Assembly: GCA_027923505.1 (NCBI GenBank)
Contig: BROI01000019.1
Coordinates: 248,001-312,000 of the forward strand
DNA: 64,000 nt
Direction of reading: 5' to 3'
From: Mayamaea pseudoterrestris
Taxonomy: Eukaryota
Part shown: positions 21,218-31,389 of the stretch, piece by piece
Layout of the letters: the number at the start of each line of letters is the position of its first letter
Numbering within the stretch: position 1 is the stretch's first letter
Translations under genes and position numbers: made by a program
The notes under the pieces: generated by a model
The model's input: the letters and a program-made list of their open reading frames with translations, nothing else
What the model was told of the DNA's origin: nothing
The model's database searches: none

Positions 21218-21313
21218 GGCCAAGAGCGGATCATTGAGTATGGATTGCGGGCGAGTCAATCTGATTGTGGACGATTGTGAGGGTGGCGTGCGCTAGGGCC
21301 TTAAAGTAGATCA
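21156..21313. repeat. Imperfect 79-bp tandem duplication of the orphan ORF 3' end
   Basis: TGAGTATGGATAGCGGGCGAGTCAATCTGATTGAGGACGA... (21156-21221) is repeated with a few substitutions at 21235-21300. Confidence 0.9.
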
Positions 21314-21481
21314 GTGGGTGACGCCTACCAGAAGCTTGTTTGAGCAGTAGCAAGCACAATCTGACGCAAAATAAGAGTAGGAGAAAAGTAAAGAATATAT
21401 ACTAGACGCGTCTTTTCACATCTATCTTTCAAAGTTTGCCCATGCTACCGTACATGCTTCCACATGACATGACGAGCGCTC

Positions 21482-21685
21482 TCAAATTCCTTGCAAATTG
21501 TCAGAAGAACTTGCCTCGGACATGGCAATGAACGCATCCGTCACGAAAATGGTGCAGGCCACGGGTATGGCTATCGCGATCGTTTTCTTCCGCACGCGTC
21601 GCCACAAAAAGGCAATACCCATCCGAGTGCATAAAGTAAATCTTTGGTGCTTCGTGCACAACTCATTCCTCACAACATTGAGCCA
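21482..21685 (-). pseudogene. Diverged duplicate of the 3' end of the neighbouring mitochondrial carrier gene
   Basis: MGIAFLWRRVRKKTIAIAIPVACTIFVTDAFIAMSEAS versus MGMAFLWRGMGKNTIAVAIPVACTIFLTDAFIAMSKAS. Nucleotides 21510-21623 align with 21924-22037. Confidence 0.85.
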
Positions 21686-21907
21686 TCAACCTCGGATGTG
21701 AAAGTTTTGCTCGGCATCATTTATGCCAAGGGCACCCATTATGTCAATATCCCATCAACAAGCTTTGATAACTACACAAAAACGCTGGCAGCAACAATTA
21801 TCTGAGCTCGTAATTAACTTTGATAAGTATAGATACACTTCTCCAACTATTAGCTCACACTTCCAAACTAAATTGTGACGCAAAATCGGCAGCCACCGCA
21901 AATGAGT

Positions 21908-22810
21908 TTACTTACTGGATTCGCTTGCCTTGGACATGGCGATAAACGCATCCGTCAAGAAAATTGTGCAGGCCACGGGTATGGCTACCGCGATCGTATT
22001 CTTCCCCATGCCTCGCCACAAGAAGGCCATACCCATCTCTGCGTGCAGCTGCCGCACTGTATCAGTCAAGCCTCGGTGTGTTTTAAACATCTCGTTTCGT
22101 GCGACATCTAAGGGATTACTTAACACTGCTCCAGCAACTCCAGCAGCAACAGCCTTGTAGGCAGACTTAGTCAGTTGCTCGCGCTCATAGTTGGGACTCG
22201 CTGGATCCGGCTCAGGCAAGTACTCGTGCACGAAATCCTTGATGATTACAGCGGTTGAGTACTTTGGAACAGTCTTTAATATGCCTGCACTAGTTCCATG
22301 CCAAAGTCCTTGAAGACCATGATGCTTGTAAATATGTTTCAGTGCCTCTCGCGTGTTGCAAAGCTTTTGGTTCGGATCTTGCAGCGTGATGGTCGCGCGC
22401 ACCAATGGCTGATTCATAATCTGCACAATGGTGGAAATAATCAATGGCGGAACAACCGTAGACAACGATTCCGTATTGACATTCCGCGTATAACCTCCCT
22501 CCTTGAACTGCGCTCGCATGTAGTCTCGTCCAACATCGGACGTGTAGAAAATGGCGGCTCGCGCCCACGTCATGCCTCCAACCGTCGCCAGCATGCCCTT
22601 GTAGGGCGGCTGAAAGGCGTACAAGTAGGGACGCATGACACCGGGAACATTGGCAGCAAAGTTTCCAGCCATGTGCTCATTGGCAATCACAAAGCCAGAC
22701 TGGCCAATACTGCTCACGCGCCATAGTGGATAGTTGATGCTAGCGGCAATGAAACTTGCGCCAAAGTACTCGAGTGGATGCTCCTTGGCAACGTTGCCGC
22801 TGCCTCCCAT
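21908..22810 (-). CDS. Mitochondrial carrier family (SLC25) protein
   Basis: Three-repeat organisation with carrier-like motifs (YPLWRV, QPLVRA, NPLDVARNEM) and GLQGLWHG / FLWRG. ATG at 22810. Confidence 0.85.
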   Translation of the reverse strand: MGGSGNVAKEHPLEYFGASFIAASINYPLWRVSSIGQSGFVIANEHMAGNFAANVPGVMRPYLYAFQPPYKGMLATVGGMTWARAAIFYTSDVGRDYMRAQFKEGGYTRNVNTESLSTVVPPLIISTIVQIMNQPLVRATITLQDPNQKLCNTREALKHIYKHHGLQGLWHGTSAGILKTVPKYSTAVIIKDFVHEYLPEPDPASPNYEREQLTKSAYKAVAAGVAGAVLSNPLDVARNEMFKTHRGLTDTVRQLHAEMGMAFLWRGMGKNTIAVAIPVACTIFLTDAFIAMSKASESSK

Positions 22811-23916
22811 GATGATCAAGCTTAGTTAGTGTTTTTAGAAGTGATAGCCGCTCAGAGTAGCAGCGAGCAGGTTTGTCGACTAGCGAGTCGATTGGTCTTG
22901 TAGAGGCAGTGAGTGGAATGAGTCGGGAAAGACGAATGAAGCTGTGCGATTCAAGACGACGCGACCGTTAGCTCCTACACTGTTAGTATGAGATTCTTGG
23001 CTTGCTGGATGCACCAACTTTCTCTCGCTCTCTCTCCTTGACAAGTTAATCTATCCCCGTTGCTGCGGAAAAAAGTGGAAAGCGTTCCTTCGACCGAGAA
23101 GAGGTTCAACCCTACGATTTCTACGCGCCGCTGTGGGCTCGTCATCGATCCTCTTGACACCGCCCGGTGCGACATAGAACTGTCGTGGTGCGACTCAACG
23201 AAAGGTAGCTTCCGCACGATCAATCAGGCGGTCTTTGCGCTGCAGGTTGCGAAAGCTACATCTACCGGTAGCCTACAATATAAAAGAATGCATGCAATTG
23301 AAATGAAAGCGTGAACTGCATGAGATTTCAGTATCATGTCACTCATTGTGCACTAGGGCAACAATTGGAAATGCAAAAAGCTACAAAATGATAATATACC
23401 ATGGTGATCAAAAAAACGTATGCTTTGATAAAGAGAACGCATTGTATGATAAGTTTGACAGCAACCAAATTTGCAAAAAACAAGAACACCTGGGATTCCA
23501 ACGTGGTCCCCCACCGTAGTACTAACCAGGCCAGGCGCTGCTTAACTTCGCAGAGCAGACGGGATGCGGTGCTGTCAGCGCTGTATGGTCCTTGCTGACT
23601 GACATGCAGGATGAGTCGTATATAAAGCTCTATATAAGAAAAGCCCAAGGCTGGACCTTGAGGAAGGCGCGTCATGGGGGAAGATCCGAATACCGAACGA
23701 GAAATGCGGAATGCGAAACATTCCCCGCCTAGTGGCATAAATATCGAAAGTCATGTTGACAGTCATAATGGTCGTGCATGTTGGTGTTGATCTTCCGAGA
23801 CTTCTGCATTTGCGGAAAAGCGAACGACTCTCCGCTTACTGTTAGTCGTCGTCAAACAACTGCAGCCATAATCTCTGAAAGAGACTCGCTCATTCCGCTA
23901 ATTGACAGTGAAGACC

Positions 23917-25197
23917 ATGCCTACCAAAACTTGTCACTCCAAAGCTGGCGCTCAAGCATCCAAAATGACCAAAGTGAAGGGCAAAGCAGGCCTCATGCCA
24001 ATAGAAAAATACGTCAAGGCCTCCGACATTTCGCCACATCTGGATATTTTCATTCGTCGCCAGTCTTCGTCGATCCCAATCAAGAAGTCTGATCGTCCAA
24101 CGCGTTTGGAAGAAGTCGTCAATAAGTGGATAAAAGAGTTTAGCCAAGCCAAGTCATATGAACGTCGCGCCCTTGTTCCAATCATTACACAGGAACTCGC
24201 TGACGGAGGCTGTCGGTTCCTCGTTCTATCCGAAGAAAAAGGTCCTGGCGGGATGCCGCTGTATGAACGTGTCTTCAGCACGCGCCAAATTCACGCCAAG
24301 ATGAACCGGGTGCTCGCGCAGGCTGTCAAGGCGTACGAAGCGACCGATGAGGGCAAGGCGGAAAAGCAGAAACAGGAAATGATCAAACGCGCCGTGGAGT
24401 TTGCAACAGCAAGCAAGCCACCAGTTCAAGTCCCAGTCGCCGCAGCAAGTGTCCCAAAGTCAGTCGGAACTACTGCGTCTCCCGCTATCGAAAGCCAGGC
24501 ACCGCCCAAGTCACTCTTTTGGCCCATTTTGTCTCGGGACAAGTCTGCCATGCATGCTCCATTGTTGACGCGCAACGCGTCCATGCTCAGCATCCTCTCC
24601 GGTACTCACAGCGTTGATTGCTTGATTGGCAGCATGATTGGCGATGGAGTCTTTAGTGAGCTCCCAAAGGCTGTCCAAACGTACAGCATGGATGACTCCG
24701 CGAATCACATGTCAGTAGAGGCGCAAGCCGATGCGTACAATTTGCAGCGTCAGAGTTCGCTGGGATCGACGACGATGCTGTCATTCGAGGAATGGACGCG
24801 CAACATGCCCAAGAGTCCACTTGTCTTCAAGCACATCAGCAACGAATTGCAGGATGCCCTTGCTCCACCGTTGAATGGTCCTGCGTCAGCTGCCGTTGCT
24901 TTCGCAGGATCTGGCAAGCTCGAAAAGCACGTTGGGTTTGACGCTACTTGCGTGTCACCTGCCTTGTCGGCAAGCACCGCTCCAACTTCCAACGTGGCGA
25001 GTGGATCAGTGAGTTCCCATCATGATCATTCGACGGTTGACGGCAGCATTGGTAGGGACCAGCCATCGGTATCAATCTTGGTTCGCCTCAATCGCTTGGA
25101 GCTGACGGTGCTTGCCTTGCTGCATGAGAATGTGAATTTGCGTCAACTCTTCAACGAGCGGTTGATGGCAGAGGCCTCACCTTTCGCTCCCAATTAG
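23917..25197 (+). CDS. Diatom DUF6824-like domain protein with low-complexity middle and a C-terminal leucine-zipper-like helix
   Basis: RRALVPIITQELADGGCRFL...IHAKMNRVL resembles the DUF6824 core; RLNRLELTVLALLHENVNLRQL coiled coil. ATG at 23917. Confidence 0.55.
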   Translation: MPTKTCHSKAGAQASKMTKVKGKAGLMPIEKYVKASDISPHLDIFIRRQSSSIPIKKSDRPTRLEEVVNKWIKEFSQAKSYERRALVPIITQELADGGCRFLVLSEEKGPGGMPLYERVFSTRQIHAKMNRVLAQAVKAYEATDEGKAEKQKQEMIKRAVEFATASKPPVQVPVAAASVPKSVGTTASPAIESQAPPKSLFWPILSRDKSAMHAPLLTRNASMLSILSGTHSVDCLIGSMIGDGVFSELPKAVQTYSMDDSANHMSVEAQADAYNLQRQSSLGSTTMLSFEEWTRNMPKSPLVFKHISNELQDALAPPLNGPASAAVAFAGSGKLEKHVGFDATCVSPALSASTAPTSNVASGSVSSHHDHSTVDGSIGRDQPSVSILVRLNRLELTVLALLHENVNLRQLFNERLMAEASPFAPN

Positions 25198-25367
25198 GAG
25201 TTAGAAGTAGTCAACGACTCGGCTGCAGTCGTCGACAGCCAGAGCGTCGGTACCCAGGAAGACTGGCAGTCGAACGACTGACTTTAAATTGGAAGCGCCT
25301 TCAACCACTGCATCGGCCCTCATGCTAAATTAACCAGTAGAGTAATGATAACAAAACAACTTAATGA

Positions 25368-28346
25368 CTAGATTATGTTGAACACCTTCTTTAGCTTGAC
25401 TACAAGTCGCCAGTCGTCATTCTCCAACTGATCCTTAAAGTGAGCCTTGAGCGCATCGATTGATGCTCGCGTCAAGGTTGAGTACAGCATGTTCGTCGAA
25501 TCAAACTGTCGACCGTAGGTAATGTTCGGATTGCCCTCATTGACAATCTTGACAGCCACACTCGCGCCCTTGCGTGCCGTATTTTGTTCGCGGCCATTCA
25601 TTTCAATCGAGGTCACATTGCCAACATGCAAGCCGCCAATGGCTGGGACGCAGAGCGGCGTACCAACCTTCAAAATGCCTTCCACCACTTCAACGCCGAC
25701 AATAATGGGATCTTTCTGGTTGAAAACGTGCTGCGGTAGAATTTTGATAATGGATGGAAAGACGGCGACGGCAGACGCTTCCTCGCGGCGTCGCTGGTTC
25801 AACTCATCCATGAAACGAGTGAACTGGTCGAAGAGATGGTAGATAATGTCGGCAGTCATAATGCGGACTCCCATTTCCTGCGCATACTCGCGAGCGTCTC
25901 GTTCGATATCAACATCAAACGCTAGAATTGTGGCGTATTCAGAGTGACCCTTTTCGTTCATGATGGAAATTTTTGTAACATCGCGCTTGTGGATCTTGCC
26001 AATTCCAATCGCACTCACTGGTATGGGCGGTTTAGTATCCTCTCGCAAGAACTGCAGCAAGGCTTCCAAAGCACCGAGTGTCGACGCTTGCACTAAGACA
26101 CCAACCTTGTCGGTTGACAGCTTGTCTTCGAGGTTCGTCAAGTCTGACATGACTTCGGCCTTAATGTCTTCTTCCTCGTCATCTTTTCCAATAACCATGA
26201 CAGGTGTTCCCGCCATGACCTTCTCTAAATGATTGCCGATAACTTTGACTCCAAGAGCACCCTTGACTTCCTTGTGGTGAATGTACTCGGATTTGATGCG
26301 CATTTCTCGACTCGGAGGAGGCGTTAACAATCCACGAATCTCCGTAACAATCGGTCCATCAAGCGTGCAAAACACAGCCTTGTCGCCTTCGCGAAGTGAG
26401 CCATTCACAACCAGCACGTCGACTGTCATGCCAAGACCATCAATTTGTTTAACTTCCAAAACTGTCGCTTGCAGGTTCGCGTGCCACATGAGATGCTCTC
26501 GAATCGTCAACTGTGACATCTTTGCCAAAAGCATTAAAACATCCTGTACACCTTCGCCAGTCACAGCAGACGTTGGCACGAGAGGAACAAAGTCACTGTT
26601 CGTCCAGTCTTCCTTTCCCATTTCCCAATATATATTTGAGTTGACGCCTTGCTCTTGCAGCTGTACCTTGGCGTCAGTTGCCCGACCACGAAACTCCTGA
26701 ATGGTGTTATCGTCCTGTGCCTTCAAGGCCTCGCGAATTGGAGTGTCCTTGCATGTCTTCCATCCGTAACAACGATCCACCTTGTTCAAAGCAATAACGA
26801 ATGGAACGCCGCGTTTCCGAAGCATGGTAAGACTTTCAATCGTCTGCTGCTCGAGACCGTGCATGAGATCAACGACAAGAATCGCCACATCGCACAGCGA
26901 TGAGCCACGCGAGCGCAAGTTGGAGAAAGACTCGTGACCAGGCGTATCAATAACGAGCATACCAGGTATTTCAATTTCAAACTTTTCCGTCTCGTTGAGC
27001 TTCTTTGTTTGTGCCTCCAGCGTCTTCTTCTCGAAAAAGGTTGCACCAATTTGCTGCGTAATACCACCGGCTTCTCCTTCTTGGACATTCGTCTTTCGAA
27101 TCTTATCAAGTAATTTTGTCTTTCCTGTATCGACATGTCCCATAATGACAACGATTGGACACCGCAGATCGTTAGGTGATCGAGCGGCCAGATTCTTCTT
27201 TTCCAGCTCGAGGCGTCTTCGCTTGCCATCATCCCGCTTTTGTGCCGCCATGGCCTTTTGCTTGTCTTCCTCCATTTGTTCAGCTTCCATTTTTGCGCGC
27301 TCCTCGGCTTCCTTCTTTTCTCGCTCGGCTCGCTGGATTCCAAGTATTCTCAGTCGCTCCTCTTCCTTGCGCTTTTCCAGTTCGATGAGGTCCACGTCTT
27401 CGCCATTAGTTTGAATAGCAACATTTTGCAAGCGCGCTTCCAGATGGGCAAACTTGTCATCGTCATCATCGTCGCTGTCTGCGTCCCATTCGTCGCCAGA
27501 CGATTCAGCTTCCTTTGTCTCGTTCTCTGCAACGTGCTCGTCGGCAAGTGGAACTTCTACAGATGCAGCCTCCGTCAATGTTGTCGATTCTTTTGTCGCC
27601 TCTTCTTTCTCGTCATCTTGCTCCTCAGAAGCCGCAGTATCAACTGATAGCTTGCCTCCTCGTTTCCGATTGTCGTATATAGGCTTCTTCGGTTTGGCGG
27701 CTTCCTCTTGCTCCGTCAAGGGCAACATTCCAGCCGCTCGCATCGCTTCCAGTCGAGCCTCGGCCTGCTTCTGCTTTGCTTTTTGGGCCTTTGTCATGTA
27801 TGTTCCTTCCTTCTTTTGTCGCTCGACCTTCTCCTTTTGCTTTTGCCTCTTTTTCTCTCGTTCCTCCTCCTTGATACGCTGTTCTTCCGCCTCCTTGCGT
27901 TCCTCTTCCTCAATGCGCAATCGTTCCTCCTCCTCCAATTTTCGAATGCGCTCCTCCTCTTCGCGTTGCTTTCGAATACGCTCCTGAACAAGCTTTCCGC
28001 GAGCCGACACCTTTTCCTCCTCCTTTTTTGGTTCAGCTGCTGCTGCTCCAGTCTTTTTCTTTTTCTTCTTCTTTTTCTTGTCGGCGGCCGACTCTCCTCC
28101 CAAGCCTTGCGACGCCAAAAAGGCTGCTGCAGCGTCCTGGACATCAACGGCACCGTCATCATCTCCATCGTCGTCGGCTTCGTCTTCCTGGTCTCCATTT
28201 TTTACTTCTTCTGCTGCTTTAGATTCTGGTGCGACTGCCGTAGCGTTGAGCTTTGCTTCCGCCTCTAGAAACGCCAAGTCGTCATCGTCTTCTGCAGTCT
28301 TTTTGCCGCCAGCAGCAGCGCCTCCTTTCTTCTTGGCTTTTCCCAT
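25368..28346 (-). CDS. eIF5B: Eukaryotic translation initiation factor 5B
   Basis: GHVDTGKT, GGITQQIGA, DTPGHESF, NKVD, ASTLGALEAL and ADIIYHLFD motifs; K/E-rich N-terminus starting MGKAKKK at 28346. Confidence 0.97.
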   Translation of the reverse strand: MGKAKKKGGAAAGGKKTAEDDDDLAFLEAEAKLNATAVAPESKAAEEVKNGDQEDEADDDGDDDGAVDVQDAAAAFLASQGLGGESAADKKKKKKKKKTGAAAAEPKKEEEKVSARGKLVQERIRKQREEEERIRKLEEEERLRIEEEERKEAEEQRIKEEEREKKRQKQKEKVERQKKEGTYMTKAQKAKQKQAEARLEAMRAAGMLPLTEQEEAAKPKKPIYDNRKRGGKLSVDTAASEEQDDEKEEATKESTTLTEAASVEVPLADEHVAENETKEAESSGDEWDADSDDDDDDKFAHLEARLQNVAIQTNGEDVDLIELEKRKEEERLRILGIQRAEREKKEAEERAKMEAEQMEEDKQKAMAAQKRDDGKRRRLELEKKNLAARSPNDLRCPIVVIMGHVDTGKTKLLDKIRKTNVQEGEAGGITQQIGATFFEKKTLEAQTKKLNETEKFEIEIPGMLVIDTPGHESFSNLRSRGSSLCDVAILVVDLMHGLEQQTIESLTMLRKRGVPFVIALNKVDRCYGWKTCKDTPIREALKAQDDNTIQEFRGRATDAKVQLQEQGVNSNIYWEMGKEDWTNSDFVPLVPTSAVTGEGVQDVLMLLAKMSQLTIREHLMWHANLQATVLEVKQIDGLGMTVDVLVVNGSLREGDKAVFCTLDGPIVTEIRGLLTPPPSREMRIKSEYIHHKEVKGALGVKVIGNHLEKVMAGTPVMVIGKDDEEEDIKAEVMSDLTNLEDKLSTDKVGVLVQASTLGALEALLQFLREDTKPPIPVSAIGIGKIHKRDVTKISIMNEKGHSEYATILAFDVDIERDAREYAQEMGVRIMTADIIYHLFDQFTRFMDELNQRRREEASAVAVFPSIIKILPQHVFNQKDPIIVGVEVVEGILKVGTPLCVPAIGGLHVGNVTSIEMNGREQNTARKGASVAVKIVNEGNPNITYGRQFDSTNMLYSTLTRASIDALKAHFKDQLENDDWRLVVKLKKVFNII

Positions 28347-28661
28347 CTTGCATTTATGTAGAGAGTGAGTGAATGCGTGTAAGCAATTAGATGCGGAAAG
28401 GCGGATGATGTTTGAACGCGAGGATGGATGAGCGCTGTGATGGACGGTGGTGGGAAATCGTGCGTTCGTCGCTGAAGCACAAGCACCCATTTTTGCTTTG
28501 TGAATTAGCTACGTATGATGCCGTACTATCGCATTGCCAGAAACAGTATGCGCCACTTGCCTTACGGTTCTGTAATGATGGACGTGCACGCAGTACTGTA
28601 AACGAGCATTCTAGTATTACAAGTGTCAGTCGGTTAAGAGCCAAGTCCAGTGAAACTCACT

Positions 28662-29590
28662 CTACAACTCGTCATTCATGGCTAAACCGTCAAGCAAGGC
28701 TGATGATCCCTCCTTGACAGTATCTCGCCACTTCTTTGAGTCGTACAAGATATCCTTCATCTCAGGGGAATCAAACATTCCCATCATGTCGCTCTTGAGA
28801 ATTTCCAACCGTGCTTCCTCAATCTTTTCGTCGCTGTCAAGTTGGTCCTTGAGCGTGCCCATGACACCGCCCATCATTTCCGTCAGTTTGCTAGGATCCT
28901 TCAGTAACTCCTGTGTTTGACCAAAGATACCTTGCACAGCCTCGAGGTAGTCCTTGTTGCCCAAAATATCGCCCATCTGATCAAACGACTCGCGCATCTT
29001 TAGCTCAAAGTATTCTGGGTCGGCCTTGAACTTGGCAAGCTCCTCCGGCGGAACAGCACCGGAAGCTTCCAATGTTGCCAAGATTTCATCACGCTTTCCA
29101 ACAACTTGTTCAACAATCTCTCCTCCCGAAATCATTTTGAATGCCTCCTCCATTTGTCCCTGCAGCTCCTCTGGCGACATTTGCGCCAATAGTTCCATTG
29201 CCTGCGTGAGCGAAACGCCCATTTGGTCCTCCAGACCCTTCATAGCGCTCGGATCTCCCAGTGCCTTGGCCCATTGCTCCTGCATGCTGGCCAAATCGCC
29301 GACTCCGGCTGCTCCAAGTATGCTGTCTTGCTGTTGCATCTGTTGCTTTTCTTGCTCCTGCTGGAACTGTGTCTTTTTCTTCTTGCCGGCAATGCCGAAC
29401 TGAGCGCATGATGGCTAATTTTGTAGGAGAAGTAATAGGTTGAGATAATGAATGAGACTCTTATCGTCGATATACTTTAGCGATACGCTAGATGCCAATC
29501 GAAACGTGACAGTTCCAAGTTTCGCTGTCACTGACGTACCAGTACAAGCAGCGAGACGGCCACTAGGATCTGTAACGTTCTTCGAAACAT
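28662..29590 (-). CDS. ER-lumenal STI1/DP-repeat-like helical protein; 2 exons, 29590-29540 and 29414-28662
   Basis: Exon 1 encodes MFRRTLQILVAVSLLVL. A 125-nt GTACGT...TTAG intron (29539-29415) joins in frame to PSCA|QFGIAG. Met-rich DP motifs and C-terminal NDEL. Confidence 0.75.
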
Positions 29591-30073
29591 GATGATTGAC
29601 TGATGCTTTGTGTGTTTAACGATTTTTTTGTATTGTCACGACAGGCTCGAAGGAAGCAAGCGGAGCACAATAGTAGAGCGAGATTGGATGTGCCGTTCGT
29701 TTTCGACTTGTTCATGCTCGTCTCGATCGAATCGACGCGTGGCGGCGGAGTGTGTCGCACCCAGTCACAGTGAGACTTCGATTTATAACCGATACGACTT
29801 TATTCATTCATGCTTTGCTCTCTCTCATCAAGCTCTTACAGTTAATTGCCAAGTCAAAGCGCGAGTTGAACTTGAAGTGAGAAAGGCTGTAATAATCGAC
29901 GCGTGCGTGGTTCTAACTTCAACTACACATGGTGCATAGCAATACACAGGTGACTCATAGATCGTGATCTCGTCACATGCCAATGGCGCTTCACACGTTC
30001 CATCTCCGTGTTGAGCATAATTACAACTGTTTCGTTATTGAAGTAGGTTGACTCATCCAGTGGCTCGGTAGCC

Positions 30074-30096
30074 ACGTCAATTGGGGCCGATATAAA
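30074..30096 (+). promoter_or_regulatory. Possible bZIP-type box (TGACGT on the minus strand) next to a TATA box
   Basis: ACGTCA at 30074-30079 and TATAAA at 30091-30096, about 200 bp upstream of the ATG at 30295. Short motifs that could occur by chance. Confidence 0.25.
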
Positions 30097-30294
30097 TCAG
30101 CTGCCACGAGTTCCGTTTGGAGCTGGTTTCCTGGATCGAATTGGAGCGATCAAAAGTTCACGATCTCGATGCCCTCTTCCTTGTGCGAGCACAAACGCAA
30201 CAAAGTCAAGTCAGCGTTTTCCTACTTTGTGAGTAAAGCCGTCGTATATCATACCGGCCAGCTACTCATCAACAATCATACAGCACACAGCAAC

Positions 30295-31002
30295 ATGCAA
30301 TCATCACCCACCCGCACAGAAAAATTGGTGTCGACCTCGAGCCACAGTATGGCCACCAAAGAACTGGTGGAAGACTGTCCTTTCGAACAAGGCATTCATA
30401 GACATCGATGGAGCCTCGCATCGTTGCAAATGAGAGGAGCCTTGCTGCAATCTCTAACAACACCCTTGGTACCAAACGAAAGCGACGACGAACAAGACTA
30501 CAAATATGATGACTCCATTTCGTCGTCGGCCATGTTTGCGCACGTGAACCATGCGCTTGGGTGTCATGACTCGAGCCGGTCGCGTCTCGACGCTTCCGGT
30601 GGCATTCACGCCTACGATCAAGAGTATGCCAAAATGTTGAATGGAACCATTGGTTATCGAAAACTTGATTTGTCAAGCGCCAGCCTGCCCGTCGTGGAAC
30701 TCGCTGCCGATACTACGAGTAGATATTGCGACCATGATGGTGACAAAGCCAATGCCTTTTACTTGCTTCGCGTTCCGTGTCGATACTCCGAGACTCGCGT
30801 CTTGCGCCAAATGGCTTGCCTTGCACAAGAATATCAGGTTGTCATTCATCAAACGTTGCTGGACGGCACGCATGACCACCTTCCCGACGTTGCGCTTTTC
30901 GTCAGCGGAGCGTGTGAAGAGATTGAGGAGTTTTGCCTCGTTTTGGAGGAGCTGGATTTTGTGCTGGCGGCGCCCACCGCCTTGCCAGTTGTAATCGTAT
31001 GA
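30295..31002 (+). CDS. Hypothetical protein
   Basis: ORF from the ATG at 30295 with a plausible alpha/beta C-terminal domain. No family recognised. Confidence 0.55.
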   Translation: MQSSPTRTEKLVSTSSHSMATKELVEDCPFEQGIHRHRWSLASLQMRGALLQSLTTPLVPNESDDEQDYKYDDSISSSAMFAHVNHALGCHDSSRSRLDASGGIHAYDQEYAKMLNGTIGYRKLDLSSASLPVVELAADTTSRYCDHDGDKANAFYLLRVPCRYSETRVLRQMACLAQEYQVVIHQTLLDGTHDHLPDVALFVSGACEEIEEFCLVLEELDFVLAAPTALPVVIV

Positions 31003-31389
31003 GGAAAAACGCGGAGCCGGCATGAACAAGCGAGCATGTACATAGTGTTGTTATGATAAAATGTAAATAGATTTGAGACTCATATCGTCCACTATCATCT
31101 CATTTTTGCATGAATTTTGGTATTAAGTCTTACGCTATCAATGATTATGCTCAGGCTGAGCCTGAAAAGTGTCGTAGGAGTACGATTAGAGAAACATGAT
31201 GTGGTTAGCTGAATGGCATGAAAAAAGTCTTTTCATTCCCGCGAAACTGTTGCAATCGGCGACCGTTTCACGATGAAACGGAGTGGAGTGTCTTCTTGTG
31301 CTTTTACGATAACCGCTAGGGGATTACAGTCAAGACTCTATAGAAACTGTCGACTTAAAAGATTGGTTTGAACAAGAGAATCCAGTAGA

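Noticed and set aside
22820..23900. Short ORFs or an RNA gene in the 1.1-kb divergent spacer
   Set aside because: No recognisable motifs, tRNA cloverleaf or snRNA signature; probably promoter and UTR sequence.
25522..28368. Numerous antisense ORFs over eIF5B (likewise over MDN1, PEPC and the bromodomain gene)
   Set aside because: Shadow ORFs produced by codon bias and low-complexity E/K/D tracts on the coding strand.
31151..31345. Palindrome TCAGGCTGAGCCTGA and a TACAGTCAAG pogo/Tc1-like end upstream of the 31390 gene
   Set aside because: No matching inverted terminus or TA duplication found downstream, so a transposon cannot be supported.
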